The position numbers were made by a program, and so were the translations under genes. From Paragordius varius (lineage: Eukaryota > Animalia > Nematomorpha), in the NCBI GenBank assembly GCA_964247055.1, contig OZ176058.1, positions 1,736,001-1,800,000 of the forward strand: a stretch of DNA of 64,000 nucleotides, in the 5' to 3' direction. The notes below the pieces were generated by a model. The model worked only from the letters and a program-made list of their open reading frames with translations, did not search any database and was not told the DNA's origin. Positions 26,868-41,764 of this stretch are shown one piece after another; positions within the stretch are counted from its first letter, which is position 1, and every line of letters starts with the position of its first letter.

Positions 26868-26964
26868 ATTTCTGATGGATTATGTCGGAATAACCGAAAG
26901 TCGTAGCAAATATAAGTAAGGAAAAAAGATTGGTTAAAATTTTTTGCGTAGGATATTTTTTCAT
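26868..26964 (-). CDS. LDLRAD2-like gene, first coding exon: signal peptide
   Basis: MKKYPTQKILTNLFSLLIFATTFGYSDIIHQK then T|GTAAGT consensus donor; T+AT gives Tyr with exon 2. The five exons total 690 nt (229 aa plus stop). Confidence 0.8.
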
Positions 26965-27156
26965 TTTTTGATAATTTTAGAAAAGAATTTTTAAACTAAA
27001 ATATCTAAATTTACGATTTTCCCAATTTAAAGTATATTTGATTTCTTTTATGAGTAATAATATATCGGTAAAATTTTCGGCAATAAACAATATAAAATTT
27101 TATCAATAAAAAATATTTGAAAAAAAAAATGGGAACAAAACAATAAATATATTTAT

Positions 27157-27187
<31 letters not shown>

Positions 27188-28337
27188 ATATTTATATGCT
27201 ATATTTTCAACGCAAAACAATATTTGTTTTATATTTCTTATTTTTTAGTGTATTGATTGATTTTTTTACATTTGCGCGAAAAAAATATAAAAATATTGAG
27301 AGAAAGGAAATGCACATTCCATATATATACAGCAGCGTATAGTATAAAACAGCAAATGGTTGAAATATAACATTTTTTACGTACATTTTAACATTAAGTT
27401 GGTTGTTTAATTGCAACCCTTCGTTGTTTGTTATCATATGCTACCGTTTTTTCGTTAAAATCAAAAATGTATGCAAAAAATAGATAATGTGCGTAAGATA
27501 AGCACATGAAATATATAGGGCGCGCATAATTAAAATATATACAAATTTTATATATGGAGTTTGGTTTTATTTAATTTTTTAAGGTATATCAACAAATTTT
27601 TTATAGGTCAATTGGCTATCAAATCTAAAGTACAGTAAGAATTGTTATAAAGACAAACAAATATTAAAAGACGAATATTTATTTAACCACACTTCTTAAA
27701 AAGCTTGAATCCTGCCTTATTAATATATTTACAATATGAAATGTATAAATGATATATTACCAATTTATATCTCTATTTTTTCTTAATTTGCAACACCAAA
27801 CGATAAGTAAAATTTAAATATATATTTGTCTTTTTTTTAGTATAAAACGTATTTTTACGTTTCATCTGTATAATTTTGATTTTTAATGTAAAATTTTAAT
27901 TTTAAAACTAAAAATAAACAGTAATACATACTGTATAATAAAGTTTGTCCATAATTCGATAATCAAAAGTAATGTTAAGTATTGGCAAAAAATGGTTAAT
28001 TGCAATCAGTCGTTATTATAGACCATACTCTACTGTAAAGAAAGCATTTTATTTTTATCACATAATCTTTTTTTTAAGTAATTTTTTTTTTTAAATCAAA
28101 ATATCCTATTTTGAATTTTTAGGGATCATATTGGGTGTTTTTTAGACTTTTAAAAAAGAATTGTTTTTGTTGAAATATAAATAAAAGCATTTGTTTGCAT
28201 TATTTTTAATATAAATAGCTTTTTTATAATTGTGACCACTAGATCTAAAGCAGGAGCCTCCAACACAAATAACTTGACAGGTGCATTTCGGAATGAAAAA
28301 TCCAATCGCAAGATATATGGGAATCTACAAAACAATA

Positions 28338-28605
28338 TACCATTTATAATTCTAATTCACCATCTAACAATTTAAATTCACCCTCGAACAATTCAAATTC
28401 ACCTAAAAATAATTTTGTTTTCGGGATAATATAACTCATCATTATGAAATATATTATTACGACATAGTTTATTTTTTTTCAGCATTATATTAATTTTAAA
28501 TAGGATCCATAAAATAAAGGTATTTTTAATTTTAAAAAAATACAGGTGAACTTGAATTGTTCAAGGGTGAATTTTGTCAAGGGTGCATTTGAATCGTAAA
28601 TGGTA
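28338..28605. mobile_element. MITE family A copy
   Basis: TACCATTTA...TAAATGGTA termini with 21-bp units. Confidence 0.8.
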
Positions 28606-29402
28606 TATATGGGAATCAACATATAATATATTAGATTATAAACAAACAAGACTGTAATGACTAATAATTTATTTTAACAATTTTTTTACCAAAATACGGA
28701 AAGACTTATTCAGAAAATATGTTTAAAATTAATTTTACTTAAATTTTTGGTTAAAATTTATGGCGTTTTGCAAAAATTATTTTAGAGGGCCTTGTGTTAG
28801 ACAGCCTTCAGTTGTCTTTTAAAATTTAGATAACATCAATCGAATACAACTGATACATAATATAACTTAAAAAAGTGTTGTGAAATGTTTATAAATACCC
28901 ACTGAAAATAAGCAATAATACCTTCCATTTATTAGTTTTTTTTGGTCTATATAAAAATTCAAAAAAAAGTTTGCATTTAACGTTTAAAATTTAAAATAAG
29001 TTTTACGATTTCACATTTTATATTTATATAAAATGCGTATATATGGCCATATAATATTATTTTAATTTTACCCAATCTTATAGATAGTTTTTAAGGTATT
29101 TATTTATTTCAGATCGCTTTGGGTTAAAAAATCCGTCAAAAATTTAGCACTTAAAAAAAATACGTCAAAAAAATAATGATTTATTTAAATTCTTTTACTG
29201 AAAATTCAAATATCTGTTTATATTTTAAATTTTGTGAAAATTAATTTTAAGAACGCTAAATAAAGAAATTTTAAGCATAACTGTATATATGGTAAAACAA
29301 AAATTTGTTGCCATTTACTGATATAAATTATAAGGTAAAACATAAATTACATAATAATTTATGAAAATATTTGAAATATTTTTATTTTTTTTTAAATTAA
29401 AC

Positions 29403-29440
<38 letters not shown>

Positions 29441-29880
29441 ATAGTTGAAAATGTAAAAAAATTGAAATTTGATATTTTTCTCAGAATTTCTATATACTTT
29501 GATATTTTTCTTTTAATAAAACAATCCTAGAAAATATTTTTTTATATTAGCATATATTTTTACCTGGAGTTCACCTTGGTGACGCCATTTTTATCACAAA
29601 AAAGTAGGAAGAAAACAGAAAAGATTTAATATCAGAAAATTAATAAACATTCTTAAATTTATTTTTTTTGAATTATACTGCTATATAAAATCTATAAATA
29701 AGTAATTTTTAGAAATTTATTAAAAAGCGAAAAAAACCAAATTTTTTAAACCATAAAGAAAGTCTAAATATAAATAAAATGTAAGAAAAAATGAATGCTA
29801 GATGGCGTATTTTAATGGATTGCTCTGCCCCGTAAATAAAGAGTTTTAAGTGTTTTCTTTTCATTTGCTGTACACAATTA

Positions 29881-30151
29881 CAGTAAAAATTAAAATTATA
29901 CGAATTTAAAAATATAAAGACAGAATTTTTTTTTAAAAGACAACCTCATATTTTTTAAAATCTTAATTCATCTTATAAAAAACATTACGATTGTAAAATA
30001 TATAATTGATTGTGTTACCAATTGATATTTCTATATTATACTTTGTAGTTTAAAACAATCAGTTATATATAAAAAAATCTAGATTAAAAAAATATGGTTG
30101 TCTTTTTAGTAAATAATTGTCGTTATATTTTCATAATTTCAATTTTTACTG
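29881..30151. mobile_element. MITE family B copy
   Basis: TA|CAGTAAAAATT...AATTTTTACTG|TA. Confidence 0.8.
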
Positions 30152-30741
30152 TATTTGAATGTTTTATCAGTGCTTTCATTGCCAAAACTTGGATTTATTT
30201 AAAAAACAATTAAGTTTGCCATGATATTTTAAATGCGAACTGCAAAAATCTTCTGGAGTGCCGGTTATTGAATACCCCTACTCTACAGAGATTTTATTTA
30301 ATTTTGTACATAAACTAGTGTTTTAAAACATATTATGTTTTAAAAATAAATAATTTTGCTAACAAAAAAGCTTAAATTTACAGTTTTTATCTTTTAAAGT
30401 TAAAAATTGGCATAGTTTGAAACTAGATAAAACAAACAGCTGATTTTAAAACAATACGAAAAATTTGTTGCTAGCCAGGTGTTAATAGTAAGCGATTCTC
30501 AAAAAAAATGTAAAGAAAAAAATGGCGTTTGAGAGCTTATTTTTAAATTTTCCTGTTTTTAAAGGCGATTGCAGTTAAAAGCCAAATGCATATGTTTTTA
30601 AATTTGATGATCCAATTAATATTTAAAATATTTTGTCCAATATTTTTAAAATCAAAAAAATTATGTGGTACAAAACACCCCTAAAAAGTAAGTTGAATAG
30701 AATGGCATTTTAATAGGAGTCAATACAATAAAATCTAAATA

Positions 30742-31130
30742 CACCATTTACGATTCGAATTTACCGTTGAATAATTCATTGTTACCCTCTTACAATTCAA
30801 ATTCGCCCTTAAACATTTCAAATTCACCCTTAAATTCAAATTTACCCTCGAACAATTCAAATTCCTTCTTAAATAATTCAAATTTACCCTCGAACAATTC
30901 AAATTCACCCTAAAAATAATTTATGTGTTTTCGGGCACTATATAACTCATTACTAATATGAAATGTATATTTATGACTTAGTTTAGTATTATTTCATTAT
31001 TATTTTAAATTTAGACAAAATATATTTTAAAAATATAAAATAATGTGGACAAATTTCAATTTTTAAAAATACATAAATATTTTAGAGTGAATTTAAATTG
31101 TTCAAGGGTGAACTTAAAGTGTAAATGGTA
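30742..31130. mobile_element. MITE family A copy
   Basis: CACCATTTAC...GTAAATGGTA with a long left 21-bp array. Confidence 0.75.
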
Positions 31131-33299
31131 TATTTAATATTTTTTTACAGCATAAAATTAAAAAAATCGAACTGATTGCCTTTGAGCTTAGTTAATTATG
31201 ATCATAATATATAAGTTAACAAGTATATTAAGGTAAAATTAACCGCCAAAATTGGTTTTAATAGTTACAATAATATCTTGGAAACAATCAATAATATTTA
31301 CTATAATTCTAAAAATTTAAGATACATCTATTAAAATCATAACTACGGTAAAAATAAAATTGTACTGAAAAAAAACTTAAAAAAAATACAAAACATATGT
31401 TTTTTTAATTCAATTTTATTGAAATCTTGATTTCTTTAAAAACTCATTTTTATAGACTTATAAAAATGATTTAAACTGGAAATAAACTCAAATTTATTAT
31501 TTTAAATTGGAATTAAACGGACAAAACATAAAAATATGACAAATTTTTTTTCGAAAGACAACCATACTTTTTTAACCTTAATTTTTCCTTTATAAACTAT
31601 TTAATTATGATTGTAGAATAAAATTGATTGAGTAAGGAATATATATCACACTTCTTACTTACTATATAATAAGTTAGAATCAAAAAATCAAGATTTAAAA
31701 CGTATGGTTATCTTTTAGAAACAAATGTTTGTCTTTATATTTTTACGTTTTGTCCGTATACAATTTTAACTGTAATAGAGTTTTAAACTGGTAAAATACT
31801 CAATTATATACATTTAAAATTGTAATTATACGGACAAAAAGTTAAAATATAAAGACAAATATTTTTTTTTAAAGACACCCATACATAAACTTAAATTTAT
31901 CCTATAAAAATCATTCAATTACAATTGCAAATTACGTAATGTTAATGTTATTGATAAAAATATTTATTTCACACTGTGTCAATTAAAACAATGACATATA
32001 TTAAAAAAATTAAGGTTTTAAAAAAGTATGGGGTTGTTTTTTGAAAAAAATATTTGATTTTTACGTTTTGTCCGTATAATTTTGATTTTAACTGTATTGA
32101 AAAAATCAAAGTTTTAAAAAGTATGGGGTTGTCTTTTGAAAAAAAATATTTGTCTTTATATTTTTACGTTTTGTCCGTATATCCAATTTCTATTCTATTA
32201 AAAATTGTAATTAATAGTTAATGTGAAAATTATTATTGGCTTTTAAAATATAATGTATTGTAATTTAAAAAATTCACAAATTTTGAAATGATTAATTTAT
32301 AAGTGGTAATTAGGAATAGCCAAGTTTATTTTATATTAAATAAAATAATTATTTAATATTTTGATTGGTTTTGGTAAATTATAAAATTTTTCCCATATTA
32401 ATATATATCTGGAATTAATTTAATATACGAGAGTAAAATTAATAAAAAATAAATAACGGATATCATTGAAAAACTGTTACTTAAAATACCATTATAAAAA
32501 TAAATTAATTATATATGGTTTCAATTCACTATTAATATGGTGCAAAATTTAAAAAGTTTTATTTCATACACTTTTAACAAAATCCTTAAATATAACTGAT
32601 GTACAAATTAAAAAAATGGAAATTTGAATTTGCAACATAAAATTATTATTTAAGTAGTATAACCATTAAAATATCGTTGGTTTCTTTTAAAATGAAATTT
32701 TAATTATATATTATATATTTCCATTTTTATACAAATTATACAAGTTATTATCAAAATTTAATCATTCACAGAATCGAAAAATATAAAATAAAGTAAAGAA
32801 TTTGTATTTTTAAAGCATTTTACTAGATTAAAGTTAAAAACTTTGTATACATTATATTATACAAATTATAAAATAGAATTTATGTGAAGAAATTATCATA
32901 AAATTGAAAAAAAAACTTTTTTTATTGAGTCCTATATTATATATATATATATATATTTATCTTTTTGTATGCACTAATAAAAACATTATTAACACACCAT
33001 GCAAATATGCGCTCTCTTTTTAAAATAAATTTTTTTTAAAATATGATTTTATGGGAACAATCAAAAAAAATTAGTTATCACCGACCTAATATAATTATTA
33101 AATTTCTTTTTAACCCATTAAAAATTAGATTTTATAAATATTTAAACTAAAATTTAACACAACTAACCATATGTTTTAATTAAATTTAATTTTATATGTA
33201 AAAAAATTACACTATCATATCCTTGGATACAAATCATTCATTCATGTACTTCGATACAAATTGGGTAATTTTTGAACACAAAAATTTTAAAATAAATTA

Positions 33300-36200
33300 A
33301 AAAAAATCTGAAATTATACGAAAAAATATAAAGACAAATATTTGTTTCTAAAAGACAACTAACCATACTTTAAAATCTTAATATTTTTTATATAATTATT
33401 TGTTTTGTTTAACAAAAATATTATTATTACTTTTAAAATCTTAATATTTTTTATATAATTATATGTTTTGTATAACAAAAATATTATTATGTTCTAATTT
33501 TAAAATAAATTTACAGTAAAAACTCAAATTATACGGACAAAACGTAAAAATATAAAGACAAATATTTATGTAATTTTGAACACAAAAATATTATTATTAA
33601 GTTGAACCTTTAAAATAAATTTACAGTAAAAACTGAAATTATACCGACAAAACGTAAAAATATAAAGACAAATATTTTTTTTCTAAAAGAAAACCAACCA
33701 TATTTTTATAATCTTTACTTTTACAGTAAAAACTATTATTCAGAAGGACAAAACGTAAAAATATAAAGGCAAATTTTTTTCCTAAACAACCAAATTTTTA
33801 TAATCTTTAATTTTACAATAAAAATTGAAATTATTCATAAGGACAAAACGTAAAAATATAAAGACAAATGTTTTTAACTAAAAGACAACCAACCATACTT
33901 TTAAAATCTTGATTTATTTTAATTAATATAACTCATTGTTTTAACTTTGATATAAATTGGATAATTTTTGAACACAAAACTATTATTGTGTTGAAACTTT
34001 AAAAATAAATTTACAATAAAAACTGAAATTATACGGACAAAACGTATAAAATATAAAGACAAATATTTTTTTAAAAGACAACTAACCATACTCTTAAAAA
34101 TATTTAATTTTATAGTAAAAACTCAAATTATACGGTCAAATATTTGTTTTTAAAAGACAACAAACCATACTTATCAAAATAAATATTTCAAATTTACAGT
34201 AAAATGGAAATTATACGGTTAAAAAGTACAAAATTTAAAGACCAATATTTTTTTTCTAAAAGACAACCAACCATATTTTTATAATCCTAATTATAAAACT
34301 CATTGTTTGATACAAATTGGGAAATTTTTGAATAAAAATATTATTATGTTGTAATTATAAAATAAACTTACAGTAAAATTCAAATTATACGGTCAAAACG
34401 TAAAAATATAAAGACAAATATTTTTTTCTAAATGACAACCAACCATACTTTTAAAATTTACCTAATTGTTTTAACTTTGATACAAATTGGGTAATTTTTG
34501 AACAAAAATATTTTTTTGTTGTAATTTAAAAATGAATTTACATTAAGAATTCAAATTATACGGACAAAACGTAAAAATATAAAGACAAATATTTTTTAAA
34601 AGACAACTATATTTTTATAATATTTAATTTTACAGTAAAAACTATTATTCAGAAGGACATATCGTAAAAATATAAAGACAAATATTTTTTTCTAAAAGAC
34701 AACAAATCATACCTTTAAAAATAAATAATTCAACTTTACAGTAAAAACTCAAATTATACGGACAAAACGTAAAAATATAGAGATAAATATTTTTTTTCTA
34801 AAAAACAACCAACCATACTTTTAAAATCTTTATATATTTATAACTCATTGTTTTAACTTCGATACAAATTGGGTAATTTTTGAACACAAAAATATTATTA
34901 TGTTGTAACTTAAAAATAAATTTACAGTAAAAACTGAAATTATTCAGAAGGACAAAACGTAAAAATATAAAGACAAATATTTGTTTCTAAAAGACAACCA
35001 TCCATACCTTTAAAAATAAATAATTCAACTTTACAGTAAACACTCAAAACGGACAAAACGTAAAATTATAGAGAAAAATATTTTTTTCTAATAACCAACC
35101 AACCATACTTTTCAAAATAAATATTTCAATTTTACAGTAAAAACTGAAATTATACGGAAAAAATGTAAAAATATAAAGAAATATTATTTTATGTAATTTT
35201 AAAACAAAAATATTATTATTTTGTAATTTTAAAATAAATTTACAGTAAAAATTAAAATTATACGGACAAAATGTAAAAATATAAAGACAAATATTTTTTT
35301 CTAAAAGACAACCAACCATACTTTTAAAATCTTGATTTATTTTAATTACAATAATACTGAAATTATACGCAAAACGTAAAAATATAAAGACAAATATTTT
35401 AAAAGCAACCAACCATACTTTAAAAATAATTTTAATTTTACAGTAAAAACTTATACGGACAAAACGTAAAAATATAAAGACTAATATTTTTTTCTAAAAG
35501 CAACCATACTTTTAAAATATAACTCATTGTTTTAACATTGATACAAATTGGGTAATTTTTGAACAAAAATATGATTAAGTTTAAATGTTTTAAAAAAATA
35601 TTTTATTCAATTTTACAGTAAAAAATGAATATATACGGACAAAACGCAAAAATATAAAGACAAATATTTCTTTCTAAAAGACAACCAACCATACTTTAAA
35701 AAATAAACATTTTAATTTTACAGTAAAAACTGAAATCATACGGACAAAACGTAAAAATATAACGACAAATATTTATTTTATGTAATTTTCAAACAAAAAT
35801 ATTATTGTAATTTTAAAAATAAATTTACAGTAAAAATTAAAATTATACTATGGACAAAACGTAAAAATATAAAGACAAATATTTTTTTATGTAATTTTTG
35901 AACACAAAAATATTATTATGTTCTAATTTTGAAAATAAACTTACAGTAAAATTTAAATTATACGGACAAAACGTAAAAATATAAACAAATGGTTTTTTTC
36001 TAAAAGACAACCAAACATACTTTTCAAAATAAATATATCAATTTTACAGTAAAAACTCAAATTATACTGACAAAACGTAAAAATATAAAGACAAATATTT
36101 TTTTCTAAAAGAAACCAACTATACTTTTAAATCTTAAATTGAGTAATTTTTGAACAAAAATATTATTATTATGTTATAACTTTAAAAAATTACAGTAAAA

Positions 36201-38752
36201 ATTCAAATTATACGGACAAAACGTACAAAATATAAAGACAAATATGTCTTTCTAAAAGACAATCAACTAGCCATACTTTTTAAATCTTTATAATAATGGG
36301 TAATTTTTGAACACAAAACTATTACTATCTTGTAATTTTAATTTTTATGTTTTGTCCGTATAATTTCAATTCTTACTGTATAATTATTTCAATTTTACAG
36401 TAAAAACTCAAATTATACCCACAAAACGTAAAAATATAAAGACAAATATTTTTTCCTAAAACACAACTAACCATACTTTTAATATAATGATTTATTTTAA
36501 TTTATATAACACATTGTTTTAACTCCGATACAAATTGGGTAATTTTTGAACACAAAAATATTATTATCTTGTAATTTTAAAATAAATTTACAGTAAAAAC
36601 TGAAATTATACGGACAAAACGTAAAAATTTTAAGACAAATATTTTTTTCTAAAAGACAACCAACCATACTTTTATATCTTGAATTATTTTAATAATCTAC
36701 TTATTGTTTTAACTTTGATACAAATTGAGTAATTTTTGAACAAAAATATTATTATGTTGTAACTTTAAAAAAAATTTACAATAAAAACTCAAATTATACG
36801 GACAAAACGTAAAAATATAAAGACAAATTTTTTCTAAAAGACAACCAACCATACCTTTAAAATCTTGATTTATTTTAATTACAGTAAAACTAGAATTATA
36901 AGGACAAAACGTAAAAATATAAAGCAATATTTTTTTCTAAAAGACAACCAATCATATTTTTAAAAAATAAATATTTTAATTTTGCAGTAAAAACTAAAAT
37001 TATACGGACAAAATGTAAAAATATAAAGACAAATATTTTAAAAGACAACCAAACATACTTTTCAAAATAAATTTAAGTATAAATTGAAATTATACAAAAA
37101 ATATAAAGACAAAATTTTTATCTAAAAGACAGCAAACCATAATTTTAAGATCTTGATTTATGTTTAAAATGGCAAAGTGTGAATTTTAGAACAAAAATAT
37201 TATTTTGTTGTTATGGAACTTTAAATTAAAATATTTTAATTTTACTGTAAACCTGAAATTATACGGATAAACCGTAAAAATATAAAGACAAATATTTGTT
37301 TTTAAAAGACAACTAACCATACTTTTAAAATCTTAATATTTTTTATATAATTATTTGTTTTGTTTAACAAAAATATTATTATTATGTTGTAATTTTAAAA
37401 TAAATTTACAGTAAAAACTAAAATTACAAGGACAAAACGTAAAAATATAAAAACAAATATTTTTCTTTAAAAGACAACCAACCATACTTTTAAAATCTTA
37501 ATTTATTTTAATTTTACAGTAAAAACTAAAATTATACTACGGACACAACGTAAAAATATAAAGACAAATATTTTCTTCTAAAAGAGAGCCAACCATACTT
37601 GTAAATTTTGATATTTATATAATTATTTATTTGTTTTGTTAATCAAAAATATTATTATGTTGTAATTTTAAAATAAATTTACAGTAAAAACTGAAATTAT
37701 ACGAACACGTAAAAATATAAAGACAGATATTTTTTTATAAAAGGCAACCAACCATACTTTTAAAATATAACTCATTGTTTTAACTACGATATGGTTTTTG
37801 AACAAAAATATTATGTTCTAACTAAAAAAATAAACATTTTAATTTTACAGTAAAAACTGAAATTATACGGGCAAAACGTGAAAATATAAAGACAAATATT
37901 TTTATCTAAAAGACAACCAACCATACTTTTAATATAATTTATTTTGACTCATTGTTTTAACTTTGATACAAATTGGGTAATTTTTGAACACAAATATTAT
38001 TATTATTATGTTGTAATTTTAAAATAAATTTACAATGAATTAAATTATTCACAAGTATAAAACGTAAAAATATAAAGACAAATATTTTTTTCTAAAAGAC
38101 AACAAACCATACTTTTCAAAATAAATTTTTCAATTTTACAGTAAAATTGAAATTATACGGACAAAATGTAAAAATATAAAGACAAATATGTTTTACACAA
38201 CCATAATCTTGATTATTTTGATACTTATTGTTTTAACTTCGATACAAATTGGGTAATTTTTGAACACAAAAATATTATTATGTTGTAATTTTAAAATAAA
38301 TATAAAAATTGAAATTATACGGACAAAACTAAAGTCAAATATTTTTAAAAGACAACAACCATACTTTTAAAATCTTGATTTATTTTAATATAATTCATTG
38401 TTACTTCGATACAAATTGTTTTAAACACATAAATATTATGATTATGTTGTATTAAAATAAATTTAAGAAAACTGACATTATACGGACAAAACGTAAAAAT
38501 AAAAATGACTAAAAGACAACCAACCAGCCAAACTTTAAAAATTTTGATTTATTTTAATATAACTCTATGTAGTTAAAAGTGTGAGATAGAGATATATTAC
38601 TAACACAATCAAATATATATTTTATTATTATAATTAGATATAATTTATATAAAAAAAATTAAGTTTTATAAAAGTATGGTTATCTTTTAGAAAAAAAATT
38701 TGTCCTTATATTTTTACGTTTTGTCCGTAGTATAATTTCAGTTTATACTGTA
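33300..38752. repeat. Satellite-like array of about 39 head-to-tail family B left TIRs ending in a complete MITE
   Basis: Repeated CAGTAAAAACTGAAATTATACGGACAAAACGTAAAAATATAAAGACAAAT..AAAAGACAACCAACCATACTTTT interspersed with GATACAAATTGGGTAATTTTTGAAC. Inverted TIRs at about 36345-36380 and 38670-38750. Confidence 0.9.
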
Positions 38753-39659
38753 TTATGGAATTATATGATTATTTACATAAATATTCAATATCTTTTAAAC
38801 TTTAAAAGATTTTATTTAACATACAATCCTTATATATTTTTTTAATCGTATTGATATTTCATCTGTTAAATGGTTATTTTTAAATCTGTCAAACATATGG
38901 ATAATTTATTTATTAAAGTAAAATTGAAATTTAACGGACAAAACGTAATAAGGACAAAAAGTTTCATAAATTTTTTTAAATGAACCTATAGTTTTTACAA
39001 AACCGTTTAATTGGCAACACAGATAAACATTAAATTTATGTATACCATTTACACTTCAAATTCACCCTCGAAAAATTCAATAAAATAAAATATGTGTTCT
39101 TTAAGATTAAAAATTACCTGTATTTTTTAAAAAAGAAATTTTGTTTAAAATTATACTGAAAAATAATTAACTACGCAATAAAAATATATTTAATATTAAT
39201 AATAAGTTACATTAGCTGCACGAAAACACAATTTATTTTTAGGGTGAATTTGAATTGCTAAAGGGTGATTTTGAATTGTTAAAAGGGTAAATACAAATTG
39301 TATAATAAATATTGATGTTTGAGAAATTATGTTGTTTTCTTAAAAATTATCTTTTGTTTTTGTTGAAAATTTTTTCTTTGTAAAGATATAAACCCTCTAA
39401 GTTTGAAAGAATTTTAATAGCATATCTAATAATGTTTAATACAAATATCTAATTTTCCAACACCTAATTAAGACCAAATATCACGTTTGTTTTAAACCTA
39501 CAACCAATAATATTTAGTTAATATATTATTCGATAAAATTAACTTTTTAATTGCAATTTTTCGGAAAACGTATAACTCTAAAATATCTTAATTTAATTAA
39601 GGCTTGTTTTATGAATTTAAATATAGTTAAATAAAACAATCCGCTCACTGATTAATATA

Positions 39660-39905
39660 TACCATTTACAATAATTCACCCTTGAACAATTCAAATTCAC
39701 GTGTTTTTTAAAATTAAAAATTATCCATATTTAAAATAAAAATTTTATTTTAAACTAAAATAATAAACTAAGCCATAAAGAAATATTTCATATTAATAAT
39801 GAGTTATATTAGTTCGAAATACACATAATTTATTTCTAGGGTGAATTTGAATTGCTAAAGGGTGAATTCTAATTGTTCAGGGGTGAATTTGAACTGAAAA
39901 TGGTA
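39660..39905. mobile_element. MITE family A copy
   Basis: TACCATTTAC...AAATGGTA. Confidence 0.8.
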
Positions 39906-39974
39906 TATTACTGTAATAAAAAAATTTTAACCTAAAATTTTTATACATTTCAATAACTAATAATTTATTTCAAA

Positions 39975-39978
<4 letters not shown>

Positions 39979-40021
<43 letters not shown>
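39979..40021. repeat. (TA)n microsatellite (others at about 1888-1921, 2361-2410, 40125-40157, 63226-63262)
   Basis: Pure TA run. Confidence 0.95.
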
Positions 40022-40024
<3 letters not shown>

Positions 40025-40121
40025 GTAAAATTTTGCGACTGCCATAGTTTTTCAAAAAAATCAATTATTAAATATAGTAATAATAATATATTAATATAAT
40101 TTGTGGATAATACATTTTTGC

Positions 40122-40167
<46 letters not shown>

Positions 40168-40215
40168 AGCATACATACTATATTTTTCATATATGCTCTC
40201 ACAATGACCAATATA

Positions 40216-40612
40216 CAGTAAAAATTGAAATTTTACGGACAAAACGTAAAAATATAAGGAAAAATATTTTTTTCTAAAAGACAGCCACCATACTTTTTTC
40301 AAACCTTAATTTTTCCAACATAAGCTATTTAATTACAATCCGTCATATATAGAATTGATAATCAATTTTATAAATTGCAATTTGAAACATATTTTTACTT
40401 TATAATTTAAATTTTTTTTTCGTTTGACAAAGATCACTTGTAGTAATCGAAATATTATAATAAATTTATATAATTTTTGCTGAATTATTGCTTATATAAT
40501 AATGAGAATTATATTTTGATAAATCTAGTTAGTTAGTGGTTGTCTTTTAGAAAAAAATATTTGTCTTTATATTTTTACGTTTTGTCAGTTCGTATAATTT
40601 CCATTTTTACTG
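40216..40612. mobile_element. MITE family B copy
   Basis: TA|CAGTAAAAATTGAAATT...CATTTTTACTG|TA with long TIR. Confidence 0.85.
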
Positions 40613-41052
40613 TATTTTTACAGTAAAGAGCTATAATATTAGATATTCGTGCGTTTTTTAAATTGTTTAATCAGAATATGTATTTTAATGGTTGCTTATT
40701 TCACACTTATAGTATGGCAGAATTTGCAACCCAGGACAGTAATGTATGAAAAAAGTAAGGAAATAATTGTTTATTCACCATTGCGTTGTTTTTTTCAATA
40801 CACTACTGTATTGTGTTTCAAATAGCCCCCTACTATAGTGTGAAATAAGTAACCATTAAAATGCATAATTTAATTAAACACTTAAAAAAATTTCAAGGTT
40901 TTTTTTTTAAAACATAAAATATTTAAACTTTTTTTAGTAAAAATTTAAAAAACCTCGCATATATCCAATAATTAAGGTTGTTTACTGTATTTCAATTTTA
41001 TATTTTATAAAATTTAACAGTAAATATTTAATATAATTCAATTTTATTTGAG

Positions 41053-41186
41053 TTATTTGGGTAAAAAATCGCATAAAGAGACAAAACCACATTGGCCCAT
41101 ATTATTTCGTGACATTAGTTTAAGACATTTGGAAGCTTGACCAATAGCTATTTCTAAGGTACTTCGAGGGCGTTTTCCTTGTAATT
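41053..41186 (-). CDS. RanBPM: RanBP9/10 (RanBPM) C-terminal half, terminal exon
   Basis: ATTAG|AA acceptor; ELQGKRPRSTLEIAIGQASKCLKLMSRNNMGQCGFVSLCDFLPK* matches the RanBP9 end '[43 protein letters not shown]' (from memory). Confidence 0.85.
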
Positions 41187-41764
41187 CTAATATTGATGAC
41201 ATAATATATATGATAAAGTATAAATTTGGTTTTTGTTAATTATTTCATAAAAAGAATTTTGAAATATAAATTTAGTTAATTATTTCATAAAAAGATTTAA
41301 GAATTTAAGGATATCAAAGATGTTTTTTGAAATATAATTGAAATTTTTTTCGTTATTTATTTATTTCATAAAAATAATTTAAGCTTTAAGGATATCAAAG
41401 ATGTTTTTTGAACTACAAAAGAAAACTTAAAAGAGAAAATAAGAAAATCATAAGAGAACAAAACCTTAAAGATAAATATTAACTAAATATTTTTCCTAAG
41501 GGTAAAACATATTTTAAAACCTATCATCACCGTTGCAAAATAAGGCTTACAGATGTAAATTGGATATATTAACATTGCTAGAAAATTTTTAATTATTGCT
41601 AAATAGCATATGCAGTAAAGAGAATTATTATTGGCTAATAATAGTAAGTATAAAGTGAAAAAAATAACTATAAACCAATAATACTGCTTGTTTTATATGC
41701 TCTTTCATGGCTATAATTTAAAACATTCTATGTATACATATTCATACTGTAAAAACTTTATATA

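Noticed and set aside
29564-29600. Minus-strand CAG|GTAAAA donor after AAAATGGCG as a 5' UTR exon of the LDLRAD2-like gene
   Set aside because: Plausible but unsupported without transcripts; the ATG is followed by a stop after 5 codons.
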